This document shows, one piece after another, positions 40,201 through 48,080 of a DNA stretch of 64,000 nucleotides. The notes under the pieces are model-generated. The model was given only the letters and a program-made list of their open reading frames with translations, had not been told where the DNA came from and did not search any database. Each line of letters opens with the position of its first letter. The first letter of the stretch is position 1. Source of the DNA: an uncultured delta proteobacterium (GTDB lineage: Bacteria > Bdellovibrionota > FAC87 > UBA2466); the NCBI GenBank assembly GCA_963778115.1, contig CAVZSV010000005.1:352001-416000 (forward strand), given 5' to 3'. A program made the position numbers and the translations under genes.

Positions 40201-40333
40201 CTGTAACGGCTGCAGTGATGGAACCTCAAGCGCCAATGCCTGCAACATTTGCTCGGATGGATCGACAAGCGCTAGCTCAAGCGGATGTGGGTATTGCTCG
40301 GGCTCGTCTTCGAATCCCGATTGTGGGGATTAA
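37253..40333 (+). CDS. Large secreted protein A: conserved N-terminal beta-domain, teneurin-like NHL repeats, Cys-rich C(S/G)DG repeats
   Basis: Signal peptide; repeated GYSGDGG.A.SAQL..P.G.A.D..GN.YI.D; more than 20 CxxC-type repeats. Confidence 0.9.
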   Translation: MSSAANRKLKNIRRNGLALVFCFPLFFSPCYTFADTVDSGWIFGLSCNAFGTTGSGSFTFAQSSLSGSSGSCERTSNAFTQLSLGSYSGSGTPLADTVYAVNTGDVLIVPPLLSTEYEPIFSVANAAVAIGPYTANWIEVQWPNSTETLTGTYLIGQATIDPSTSAGGNGIVLTGQWDIDGNPYWSGSTNMPGTWGTDDNAGVYTASGGGGALEGVAYFTSAGAGAYKANPGSATFFFPQQAIFSLETLAGITFSGIMFDANQSTGGDVTNVQVVSNAYGTAFTVTPFSDVGTNTLSPSFYDTISISNENYPANGIFVGTVTRTGTGAGTGNLACIVNITTEDRVICSGQSPSNNSIPYNVSFAYTAGGTGGPNIYISDTYNSVIREVDGGTGIITTIAGNGTPSYTGDGNPATSATLNNPTGITLDSSGNIYISDWTNNVIREVYATTGIITTYTSIELSDCPLMAIAGLAMDPGGTLYIADYGSNIILPSGYGYESFVGDGDGGTGYSGDGGYAASAKFNYPKGVAADGAGNLFIADTGNNVVRFIYDMSTVSTIAGNYSAGPGYSGDGGPATSAQLNGPSDVALDSAGNLYIADSNNNVIREVNATTGIITTVAGNQAAGAGYSGDGMPATSAQLKSPTGIAVDTSGNIYISDTGNSAIRLVSAGIITTIAGSSFLGAGYSGDGGSAISAQLNGPQGIALAAIPYPATRTCTSGGSTSGWCAMCSDNTSVANGSCNVCSGDGTTTANSCASCGDGSQTASVSNCHSCGGTTTVSQCNNCTDGTSAPSCYFCEDGSSSANSAGCKYCSGTSSNSGCGGSGMCGDGTSGQCITCSNGTNSAACDGCGDGTTVGEYQSCQNCSNGANSASCNSCSDGTSVAITQSCNGCSDGTSSANACNICSDGSTTAGSCYSCSDGSTSASSGGCGYCGGTSSNPSCSGGGGGNSTCGDGSLGTCQTCSNGTNSAACTSCSDGTSVAITQSCNGCSDGTSSANACNICSDGSTSASSSGCGYCSGSSSNPDCGD
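39868..40268 (+). repeat. Exact 107-bp direct repeat (39868-39974 and 40162-40268) inside the Cys-rich coding region
   Basis: Identical sequence at an offset of 294 nt. Confidence 0.85.
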
Positions 40334-40654
40334 GCGTGCGGAGATGGAAGCATTGGGCAATGTATAACCTGCTCCGATGGAACTAACTCGGTCACTTGTA
40401 CTTCCTGTGGCGACGGCAGTAGCGTGGGAGTGTATGAGAGTTGCCAACTCTGCTCGAACGGCACAAATTCGTCTTCCTGCAATTACTGCAGCGATGGAAC
40501 CTCGGTGGGCATCACTCAATCCTGTAACTACTGCGGTGATGGAACGACTACCGCCAATGCCTGCCAAACCGGTACTGATGGTACAAATTCGGCTTACTGC
40601 ACGACCTGCGGCGATGGTAGTACCGTCGGTGCTGATGAATCCTGCGGAGATTGA
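40334..40654 (+). pseudogene. In-frame continuation of the Cys-rich repeats after the TAA of protein A
   Basis: ACGDGSIGQCITCSDG...ADESCGD* in the same frame as 37253-40333. Confidence 0.8.
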
Positions 40655-40804
40655 TGGAGCCGTCACTAAAATAAAAGGTGTTCGTCGAAAGACCTCGTCT
40701 AAGATCTATCGCTGGTCCTGAAAGAAGACTGGCACGTTTTGGTTTTGTGGCCACGTTGAAGGGGGATTGTCCCTCCTACTGGCAGAGGCTGGTCAACGCA
40801 ACCT

Positions 40805-40850
40805 CGGTATTGGTGTCTCTTCGCCCCAGCATACTTTCTCCTGCAGCACC
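40805..40850. repeat. Exact 46-bp copy of integrase-internal sequence 46154-46199
   Basis: CGGTATTGGTGTCTCTTCGCCCCAGCATACTTTCTCCTGCAGCACC occurs at both places. Confidence 0.9.
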
Positions 40851-41296
40851 GCGTGATTTTGTCCCTTAAAGGACTTTCTAAATCACCACGGTTGGACGCG
40901 CTGCTTTTCTACATTGCCTATCCGTTGTGGGCGCAGTCCTGGTTTTCCGAGATCAAGTCCATTGTTTCTAGTCGCGGCGTCATAAAAAGCGTCCACCATC
41001 ATTCGTGTTGTAGCTGTAAATGCAATGTGTGAGCGGCGGCTCGATCCCAATGCCGTTCGGCCGAATAGGAGGGATCGCCGGTAACTAATGGGTCGCCGCC
41101 ACGTGAAGTGGTCTCTTTACTAGATCGTATAAAACGAAAACAGGGTGCGGTTCTAAAATATGAAGACTATGGAGATTCGAGCCTGATTGCAAAATGCCCT
41201 TAAGAAAAGCCTATACTATATTCAATAGCGGTACGTGACGGCTCTCAAACTATTCCTCTCCAGTTCACAAATCCGCCTACTCATTTGGTAGGAACC

Positions 41297-41467
41297 ATGC
41301 GGACAATAATTGAAATCAGTTTCTTAGTTCTCCTCGCGGGAACCGTCGCCTGTTCTGTAGGACAAAAATTTTCAGCCCCGACTCCAACAACCGGCACGGT
41401 GGTGGGAAACCAAACTCCGGCGCCCATGAGAGTTTATCGAGGAGTCTCGAATACGAATACCCATTAA
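41297..41467 (+). CDS. 56-aa lipoprotein B (paralog of A)
   Basis: AGGA SD; lipobox TVAC; P/T linker; C-terminal PAPMRVYRGVSN. Confidence 0.85.
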   Translation: MRTIIEISFLVLLAGTVACSVGQKFSAPTPTTGTVVGNQTPAPMRVYRGVSNTNTH

Positions 41468-41471
41468 ATCC

Positions 41472-43781
41472 ATGCGATTGAAACCCATGAAAGTAATTTT
41501 GCAGAACATGCTCTGGCTATGCCTTATTTGGGCGCCAGCCGTTTTAGCCGACACGGTGAATAGCGATTGGACTTTTGGGCTAAATTGCGCGGCGACCGGG
41601 ACGACCAGCACCGGCTCCTTCACGTTTAGTAACACCAATATTTCGGGATCCGCGGGGACTTGCGCCAGGACCTCAAATCTCTTTACCGAATTCACGCTGG
41701 GTTCTTACTCGGGTACTGGCACTCCGGTTTCCACTACGATCTTTGCCGTAAACACTGGCGATGTTTTAATCGTCCCCCCGATTTTAACGACAGACTTTCA
41801 ACCCATCTTTGCCGTCACCAATGCCGCGCCCACAACGAGCAGCTATACCGCGAACTGGATTAGTGTGCAGTGGGAGACCAGCACCGCGACACTGACCAAT
41901 AATTACTTGATTGGCCAATCGACCGTGAACACCGGAACCTCGCCTGGCGGAAATGGCGTAGTATTGACCGGCCAGTGGGATATCGATGGCGCGGTTTATT
42001 GGTCAGGGTCAGTCAATATGCCAGGCACTTGGGGAACGGGTGGCAATACCGGAATCTATACCGCAAGTGGTGGCGGAGGCGACTTGGAAGGCACGGTTTA
42101 CTTTGATGCCGAGGGCGCGGGCGTGTTCAAGACCACGCCGGGAAGGGCCACTTTCTTCTTCCCGCAACAAAACATTACTCTTTCCACTTTGGGAGGCATC
42201 ACCTACTCCGGCATTATGTTTGATGCCAATCAAGCCGGTTACGGGGATGTCAAAGAAGTTCAAGTCGTGAGCAGCAGCGACGGCAGGACCTACACCGTGA
42301 ATGCCTTTAGCAATGTCGGCACCAATACCACGAGCAACTCCTTCACCGACACCATTTCCATTACGAGTGCCAACACTCCGGCCAATGGCATTCTCCTTGG
42401 CACCACCACTCGCACCGGTACTGGCGCCGGCTCGGGGAACATCGCTTGCATCGCCAATACGACCGGCGATAATCGGGTTATCTGCTCCGGGCAGTCTCCC
42501 AATAACAACTCCATTCCATACAATATCAGTTTTGCCTATACGCCGGGACCCGCCACTCTCTTTGCTTCTTCCGATGTATCTGGCGATATCTACAGCGTTG
42601 TAGGACACGGTTGTGACCCGTACGACGATTGTGAGACTAACCCTGACGGGTCTTACTCTGTCGACGGCGGAGTCGCGACCAGTGCGGGGACAATGGCTGC
42701 GGGAGGCGTTGCCCTTGATGCTTCTGGAAATCTCTATTACGCCGAACCATCCAATGGCGTGATCCGAATGGTGCCCACGACATCGGGAACCTACTTCGGT
42801 CAGACCATGACAGCAAACAACCTTTATACCGTTGCGGGAAATTACAGTCTGCGTGGAACTTACTCAGGGGACGGTGGGGCCGCAACCAGCGCGGGACTAA
42901 ACAAAGCCTGGGGTGTGGCCCTCGATGCTTCTGGAAATCTCTACATTTCAGATGCGTATAATTACGTGATTCGGATGGTACCTGTGACATCGGGAACTTA
43001 CTTTGGTCAAGGCATGACCGCATACAATATTTATACGATCGCGGGAAACCATGTTAGGGGTTTCTCGGGCGACGGCTTGGTAGCCACAAGCGCAGAGCTG
43101 CACACAACCACCCCTGGCATTACGCTAGATCCCTCTGGGAACGTCTATTTTGTTGACGACTATAATTACCGCGTTCGAATGGTCCCCAAGGCATCGGGCA
43201 CTTACTTCGGCCAAAGTATGACTGCCAACGATATCTATACCGTTGTCGGAGGTGGTCCTGGTGATCCGTACGATTCCTACGATATCGGCGACGGGGGACT
43301 TGCGACCAACGGAATACTGAATACGCCCGGAGCCGGAGGCCTAGCTATAGATAGTTCCGGAAATCTGTATGTCGGTGATAACGGTCCTTGGTCCGCAGGC
43401 ATTATTCGAATGGTGCCCGTGAATTCAGGAACCTATTTTGGCGAAAGTATGACCGCAAATGATATCTATACCATTACCGCTACCGATGGGGTAATGGGGC
43501 CCGAGGGGATTGCGGTGGACGCTTCCGGAAATCTCTATATCTCGGCTGAAATGATCGACTGGTTCGAAATGGTGCCCGCAGTATCGGGAACTTACTTCGG
43601 TCAAAGCCTGACGGCTAATAATATGTATGAGATCGTGGGAAACGGTGAATGGGGAGAATACAGCGGTGACGGGGCGCCCGCGATCAACGCGGGAATATCC
43701 TCTCCTACTGGCATTGCCGTCGATCCTTCTGGAAATCTTTACATTAGCGTAAATGGATCAATTCGCGGCGTGTTGCACTAA
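41472..43781 (+). CDS. Large secreted protein B: same N-terminal domain as A plus NHL repeats with IRMVP..SGTYFGQ.MTA inserts
   Basis: Signal peptide; about 330 aa collinear with protein A; NHL repeats. Confidence 0.9.
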   Translation: MRLKPMKVILQNMLWLCLIWAPAVLADTVNSDWTFGLNCAATGTTSTGSFTFSNTNISGSAGTCARTSNLFTEFTLGSYSGTGTPVSTTIFAVNTGDVLIVPPILTTDFQPIFAVTNAAPTTSSYTANWISVQWETSTATLTNNYLIGQSTVNTGTSPGGNGVVLTGQWDIDGAVYWSGSVNMPGTWGTGGNTGIYTASGGGGDLEGTVYFDAEGAGVFKTTPGRATFFFPQQNITLSTLGGITYSGIMFDANQAGYGDVKEVQVVSSSDGRTYTVNAFSNVGTNTTSNSFTDTISITSANTPANGILLGTTTRTGTGAGSGNIACIANTTGDNRVICSGQSPNNNSIPYNISFAYTPGPATLFASSDVSGDIYSVVGHGCDPYDDCETNPDGSYSVDGGVATSAGTMAAGGVALDASGNLYYAEPSNGVIRMVPTTSGTYFGQTMTANNLYTVAGNYSLRGTYSGDGGAATSAGLNKAWGVALDASGNLYISDAYNYVIRMVPVTSGTYFGQGMTAYNIYTIAGNHVRGFSGDGLVATSAELHTTTPGITLDPSGNVYFVDDYNYRVRMVPKASGTYFGQSMTANDIYTVVGGGPGDPYDSYDIGDGGLATNGILNTPGAGGLAIDSSGNLYVGDNGPWSAGIIRMVPVNSGTYFGESMTANDIYTITATDGVMGPEGIAVDASGNLYISAEMIDWFEMVPAVSGTYFGQSLTANNMYEIVGNGEWGEYSGDGAPAINAGISSPTGIAVDPSGNLYISVNGSIRGVLH

Positions 43782-43849
43782 TGTCCTGAGTATATTAGGG
43801 CGGTAGTACTCATTGGACGGCCCCGAAGCAATCAAACAAGGCATCACCC

Positions 43850-44857
43850 TTAGTGTTTCGGTTGGCCGAAACTAGCGACTTCTCTAGGCGCGGGTTGGCT
43901 TAAGTACCATCGGTTTCTTCCCGAGCAAAAATGGCCGAAACGCCAGATCGTATCATTATTTTTCCCCGTAAGCGGGATAACGACTTTAGCCGGGTGTGGG
44001 CATTCTGGATTGGGCTCTTCAGGAAGGACAAGTAAGAATTCGCTTCGAGTCGCGTCCGCGAGCAAATAGGGGAGTTGATCTTCCGCCGCAAATTCGCCGA
44101 GCGGGCCGACACTTTCGTGAAGCGAACCGAGAAAGAGCGGCATCGAATAATATTTAAATTTCTGGTTAGTCGATGAGGGAGCAGCCGCTCGAATGACGGC
44201 TTGGGAATACGCGGGAAGGTCATTAAAACCCTTCAACTCGAACTTGGATCTAAAATCGAGTTCGGAGTGGGCGGGAGCGGTTTTCGAAGCAAAGGAATCT
44301 TGCCCGAAGACAAAGTCGCGTTCCTTGGCAAGGGTATGGCAACCGTAACAAGTGACAGGGTCTGCGGCATTTTCCGTTCCCCCGCGGTTTCCCTCTTTAG
44401 ACGAAGGCACGTAAAGCGCATACCCCCAACCCTCCGTTGAGGCATATTTTTTTTCGTCTTTTTTCATGAATTGAACGCGCGAGGTTCGGGCCGGAGAAAG
44501 GCTATTAGGGAAGAGGGGATCTGCCTTCACGGTGAATGCCAATTTGGCGAACATCGAACCTTTGGGATATTTTTCAACATGCCGTTGCATTGCCTTCCAG
44601 GCAGTGGGATTGGCATAAATAAATCGCTGCTCTCCGTTGTCTTTTCTAAAGCGCACCGTGACCATATGCCAAGTCTTCCAAAATTGGTCGTAGGGCTTGG
44701 GGTTAATTCCATTCATCGGTGAAGCATTGGAAAGAGAATAAGGAAAACCAGGCAGGAGATCGGGCACTTTCCCCTCTTCGCTCGCAGAAATTTGAGTCGG
44801 GCGAAGCGTCAGGATCCAACACAAAACAATCAGCCGGAGGATGCGCGTTAATTCCAA
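43850..44857 (-). CDS. Cytochrome P460 family c-type cytochrome with C-terminal extension
   Basis: YAN..A, YPKGSMFAK, MKKD..Y.STEGWGYA, CYGCH and DFVF motifs; TTG after GAGGTG; signal peptide. Confidence 0.8.
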   Translation of the reverse strand: MELTRILRLIVLCWILTLRPTQISASEEGKVPDLLPGFPYSLSNASPMNGINPKPYDQFWKTWHMVTVRFRKDNGEQRFIYANPTAWKAMQRHVEKYPKGSMFAKLAFTVKADPLFPNSLSPARTSRVQFMKKDEKKYASTEGWGYALYVPSSKEGNRGGTENAADPVTCYGCHTLAKERDFVFGQDSFASKTAPAHSELDFRSKFELKGFNDLPAYSQAVIRAAAPSSTNQKFKYYSMPLFLGSLHESVGPLGEFAAEDQLPYLLADATRSEFLLVLPEEPNPECPHPAKVVIPLTGKNNDTIWRFGHFCSGRNRWYLSQPAPREVASFGQPKH

Positions 44858-45209
44858 GAGCCACCTCAAAAAACGTTCCTTAGTCTCTGTTCGGAACAGC
44901 GGCCTGCGAACTTTAAATTCTGTTACCTTCAAATTTTGTATAGAGAGCGCATGGCGCCTGACGCCGCGTTAAACGGCCATTAGGGGCTTCCTTCGGGGCT
45001 TTCCGATCGGATCTCTCAATACTCTTCCTAGTCATGACACTCTCCATGGATTTGAGAGCATCTCTGTATCTCTTCCGCCTTATCGTTCATGTGTGCTATA
45101 AACCTACCCACTCAAATCATGGCAAACGAAGTCGACTGGCTTCAAGGAACGTATATGAAAAGTCTAGTAGTAATTTTGGTTTTGCAGTCTTGATGTGGAG
45201 TTCGGAAAG

Positions 45210-45336
45210 TCCGTAGAGAGACCCCCTGAGGTAGCGGCGGCCCTCACTCAACGCAACGGGCCAGCAAATAGCGATAAGCAAACTTATAACTAAGACCTAG
45301 GCTCCGCAAAAACGGTGGGTTATCCCGCCTATCCGT
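45210..45336. repeat. Repeat R3, ~127-bp element immediately downstream of the integrase stop
   Basis: Aligns with R1; ends 3 nt from the integrase stop codon. Confidence 0.9.
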
Positions 45337-45339
45337 CGT

Positions 45340-46507
45340 CTAACCGGCCTTCCGATTCAGCGGTTGGACGGAAGCTTTCTCTGTTTCACTCGGATTCTGT
45401 TGAAACTCGCACGCCTGCTGAATTCCTTGGACGTAGTGATTATCTGTCGTCTTAACGCTCTTGTGACCCAGCCAACGATAGGTCACTTGCTTTGGATAAT
45501 TTCCCATTTCCCACATGAGAGCGACGAAGCCTTTGCGACCGCCGCGGAGACTCGCGCGAGGGTTCACGTACTTTTGCACTGTCGCAACCGAAGGGCTTTT
45601 GAATTCTCGACTCTCGATAATCTCGAGGCCCTTCTCCTGTTAGGGAAAGAGAATTGGAATGAATTTCCAGCGCTGTTCCGACGGAAGACGGACGAGTTTA
45701 TGTTGAAAGACGGCGAGTAGTTTCTTTCCCTGATACTCTTCAACTTTCCGTTTGAGATTATTGAGCTCGCTTGGGCGCAATCCAAACCAAAGCGTCAGGT
45801 ACAGCCAGTTCCAGGCTCTCGGATCCAGATCGGCCTTTGATCGACGGAGACTCGCCCAGCTGATTGGGGCGGATGTCAAACCGAATGGCCTTTTGCCGAA
45901 GAAGGATTCGTGAATTCTGACCGACGCTTCCCCCGACGGTTTTGCGACGGGATCAAAATATTTGTTCAAATTTTTCCCATAGAACTTGCCCCAAAGATTC
46001 AACACGCGGATCACCTTTTGCGCATAGGACAGACTCCACTGCTTTCGTTTGAAGAAGGCGTACATGAGGGTCGCCCGATCCGACCACTCCGCGGGCTCGA
46101 TATTGATCTCGCGGATAATTCGTTTTGCAGTTCTCCAGTAGATACAGAGCTGCCGGTATTGGTGTCTCTTCGCCCCAGCATACTTTCTCCTGCAGCACCT
46201 CTTTCTCAAAGCGTTGGCAAAGAAGCGGCGGGAGCCAGGCGCACTCGATCTTCTCTTCCTTCTTTAACTTCTGGTGAATAGCGTTACGTCGCCGCTGTTG
46301 GAATTTTACCCAGTCCTGAGACGAGACCTGCTTCGCTCTCTCTTTCGCCTCTTTGAACGTCATCGAAGGGCTGAAGCCAATCGTCGGTCACTCTTCTTTT
46401 GGTACGTGCCGTTGGGTCTTCTTGGCGTCGGTATAGGTTTCGTAAATGATGCGCCAGACGATGGATCCGTCGGGTCAGGTGTAGCGTTTTGTAATCTGGC
46501 AGCCCAT
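45340..46507 (-). pseudogene. Tyrosine recombinase/integrase pseudogene
   Basis: GLRPSE, LRGGRK, WLGH.S and HY catalytic motifs; two in-frame TGA near the 5' end, a frameshift near 46160 and an in-frame TAA at 45640. Confidence 0.9.
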
Positions 46508-46542
46508 ATTTTCTCCTATCGGAATTTAGGAGAACTTCTGTG

Positions 46543-46618
46543 ACCACCCCTACCAAAATCGCGGAGCAACCACCTACCAAATTGGCGGCGACTATTTGCA
46601 GGTTAAGGTTAAGGTTAA
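46543..46618. repeat. Short direct repeats between integrase and tRNA (ACCACC(CC)TACCAAA.T.GCGG x2; GGTTAA x3)
   Basis: Seen at 46543-46564, 46569-46588 and 46601-46618. Confidence 0.6.
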
Positions 46619-46631
46619 TCTTAATAGTAAA

Positions 46632-46704
46632 TAGCTGGGGAGGGACTCGAACCCCCGACCAAAGGATTATGATTCCCTTGCTCTACCGACTGAGCTACCC
46701 AGCC
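46632..46704 (-). tRNA. tRNA-Met(CAT), elongator type (Ile2 not excluded); CCA not encoded
   Basis: Cloverleaf GGCTGGG/CCCAGCT, GCTC/GAGC D-arm, anticodon loop ATCATAA, TTCGAGT T-loop. Confidence 0.93.
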
Positions 46705-46948
46705 ATTGACCCATAAAAGTAAAGATTTGCCGTTTGGATGTCAACGAAAGCTGCCGTTTTCGTCACCTTCCCGACGCCTGTCTAAAAAAAATCTTGGAAT
46801 TCACCCCCCGACTTTCCTTGGAATACACTCCTGGTTACCCGCTTTGCGTATCTCAAATGGGCCGCTCTGTGAGTATTCTCAGGGAGCGGTCTAAAGCCCC
46901 CCTTTTTAGGGTACAGCGTTTGCAATCGATCTTACTGGGGGGGGGCCT

Positions 46949-48040
46949 ATGAAGCATCGTCACGAGATTTTCGTCATTCTCTTTGCGGGGTATCTCTTAA
47001 GTCATACGACACTGGCATGGGCCCAAGACCATAGCCAAAGCGTCGATGGGCCTGATACTGGGATTACCTCGAGCGATACCGAACCCCCTGCGATCACCGC
47101 GAACTACACTCCAGAAGAAGCTAGCTCGGAGAGTCAGGGAGGGTATCGGTACGTCAGCAAGAATTTTTCCGTAACCGCTCCAACCGCTACTTTGGCTCAA
47201 GACGTAGCCGAACGGGCAGAACAGGCCAGAACGAAACTTTCAAAGGCTTGGACGGGAAAAAGTTTTCCCGACCTTAAGGAGCCGATTCCCCTTGAAGTCA
47301 CCGATTTTTCATCAAGGACTCCTGGAGGAGGTGCCACCTCTTTCGTCTTTAGTAGCCAAGGACGGCCGGGACGCTGGGACATGAAAATCCAAGGCTCGCC
47401 GAACGACTTAGCGTCGGTCATTGATCATGAAGTCAATCACACCGTCTTTGCCCAGATCTTCGGCCAGCCTTTGCCTCGAGCACTAGATGAAGGGGCCTCT
47501 TCTCACGTGGAGCAGGCTTCGGAACGAAACAAGATGCAAAACCTCAACGTCACTAATCTAAAGACGGGCCTTGGCATCTCAATGGCGCAACTCTTAACGA
47601 TGAAAGAGTACCCGACGGATAGAGATCAGCTGCTTGCGGTCTACGCGCAAGGCTCCTCGACGGTAAATTTCCTCGTGGGCAAAGGCGGAGGAGGGCAGGC
47701 CGGTCGTGAAAAATATATTTCCTTCATGAAAGAGGGAATCGCAAACGGAGAGACCCGAGAGGGATGGGAGAAGGCCCTTGAAGATACGTACTATGGGGGA
47801 AACTCGAGCGTGAAACTAAGCTCAGTTCAAGACGAATGGCTGGATTGGGTGAGAAAGGGAAGTAGCCCCAAGGACATTCAAAATTCGGACGTCAAACTAG
47901 CCAATGGAACGAGCGGTCAAGATTCTAATTCGACGCTGCCACAAGCTCAGATGGCTTCTCAAAAGCAGGGACGCGTTAGCTTCGAAGACACTGACCTTTA
48001 CCGAAGAGCAGTGGGAGGCGCGGAACAACCAACCAGATAA
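46949..48040 (+). CDS. Secreted zinc-metallopeptidase-like protein (peptidase MA/gluzincin)
   Basis: Signal peptide; HEVNH followed by PRALDEG; YAQG.S.V.FL. Confidence 0.7.
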   Translation: MKHRHEIFVILFAGYLLSHTTLAWAQDHSQSVDGPDTGITSSDTEPPAITANYTPEEASSESQGGYRYVSKNFSVTAPTATLAQDVAERAEQARTKLSKAWTGKSFPDLKEPIPLEVTDFSSRTPGGGATSFVFSSQGRPGRWDMKIQGSPNDLASVIDHEVNHTVFAQIFGQPLPRALDEGASSHVEQASERNKMQNLNVTNLKTGLGISMAQLLTMKEYPTDRDQLLAVYAQGSSTVNFLVGKGGGGQAGREKYISFMKEGIANGETREGWEKALEDTYYGGNSSVKLSSVQDEWLDWVRKGSSPKDIQNSDVKLANGTSGQDSNSTLPQAQMASQKQGRVSFEDTDLYRRAVGGAEQPTR

Positions 48041-48080
48041 CGCGACGCGCGGCGAGAGGTTCCTTCAGTTTAAGGATTTA

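Noticed and set aside
39385..40654. Diversity-generating retroelement TR/VR pair
   Set aside because: No reverse transcriptase in the window; the repeats are exact or differ without evident adenine bias.
45225..45295. Resemblance of the repeat to a tmRNA tag region (ANSDKQTYN*) or a c-di-GMP-I riboswitch (GGTAGCGG)
   Set aside because: No tRNA-like ends or ALAA-type tag ending; the GGCAAA/GAAA P2 elements are absent.
35544..45336. R1/R2/R3 as a CRISPR array or classical integron attC sites
   Set aside because: Copies are kilobases apart, there are no cas genes, I see no RYYYAAC/GTTRRRY box pair, and the integrase shows no recognisable IntI features.
29985..46507. Stop-codon reassignment to explain in-frame stops
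   Set aside because: The internal stops are of all three types, and housekeeping genes in the window end normally with TAA and TAG; decay explains them better.
33000..46632. Duplicated tRNA 3' end marking the far island boundary
   Set aside because: I could not find a second copy by eye, so the left boundary is undefined.
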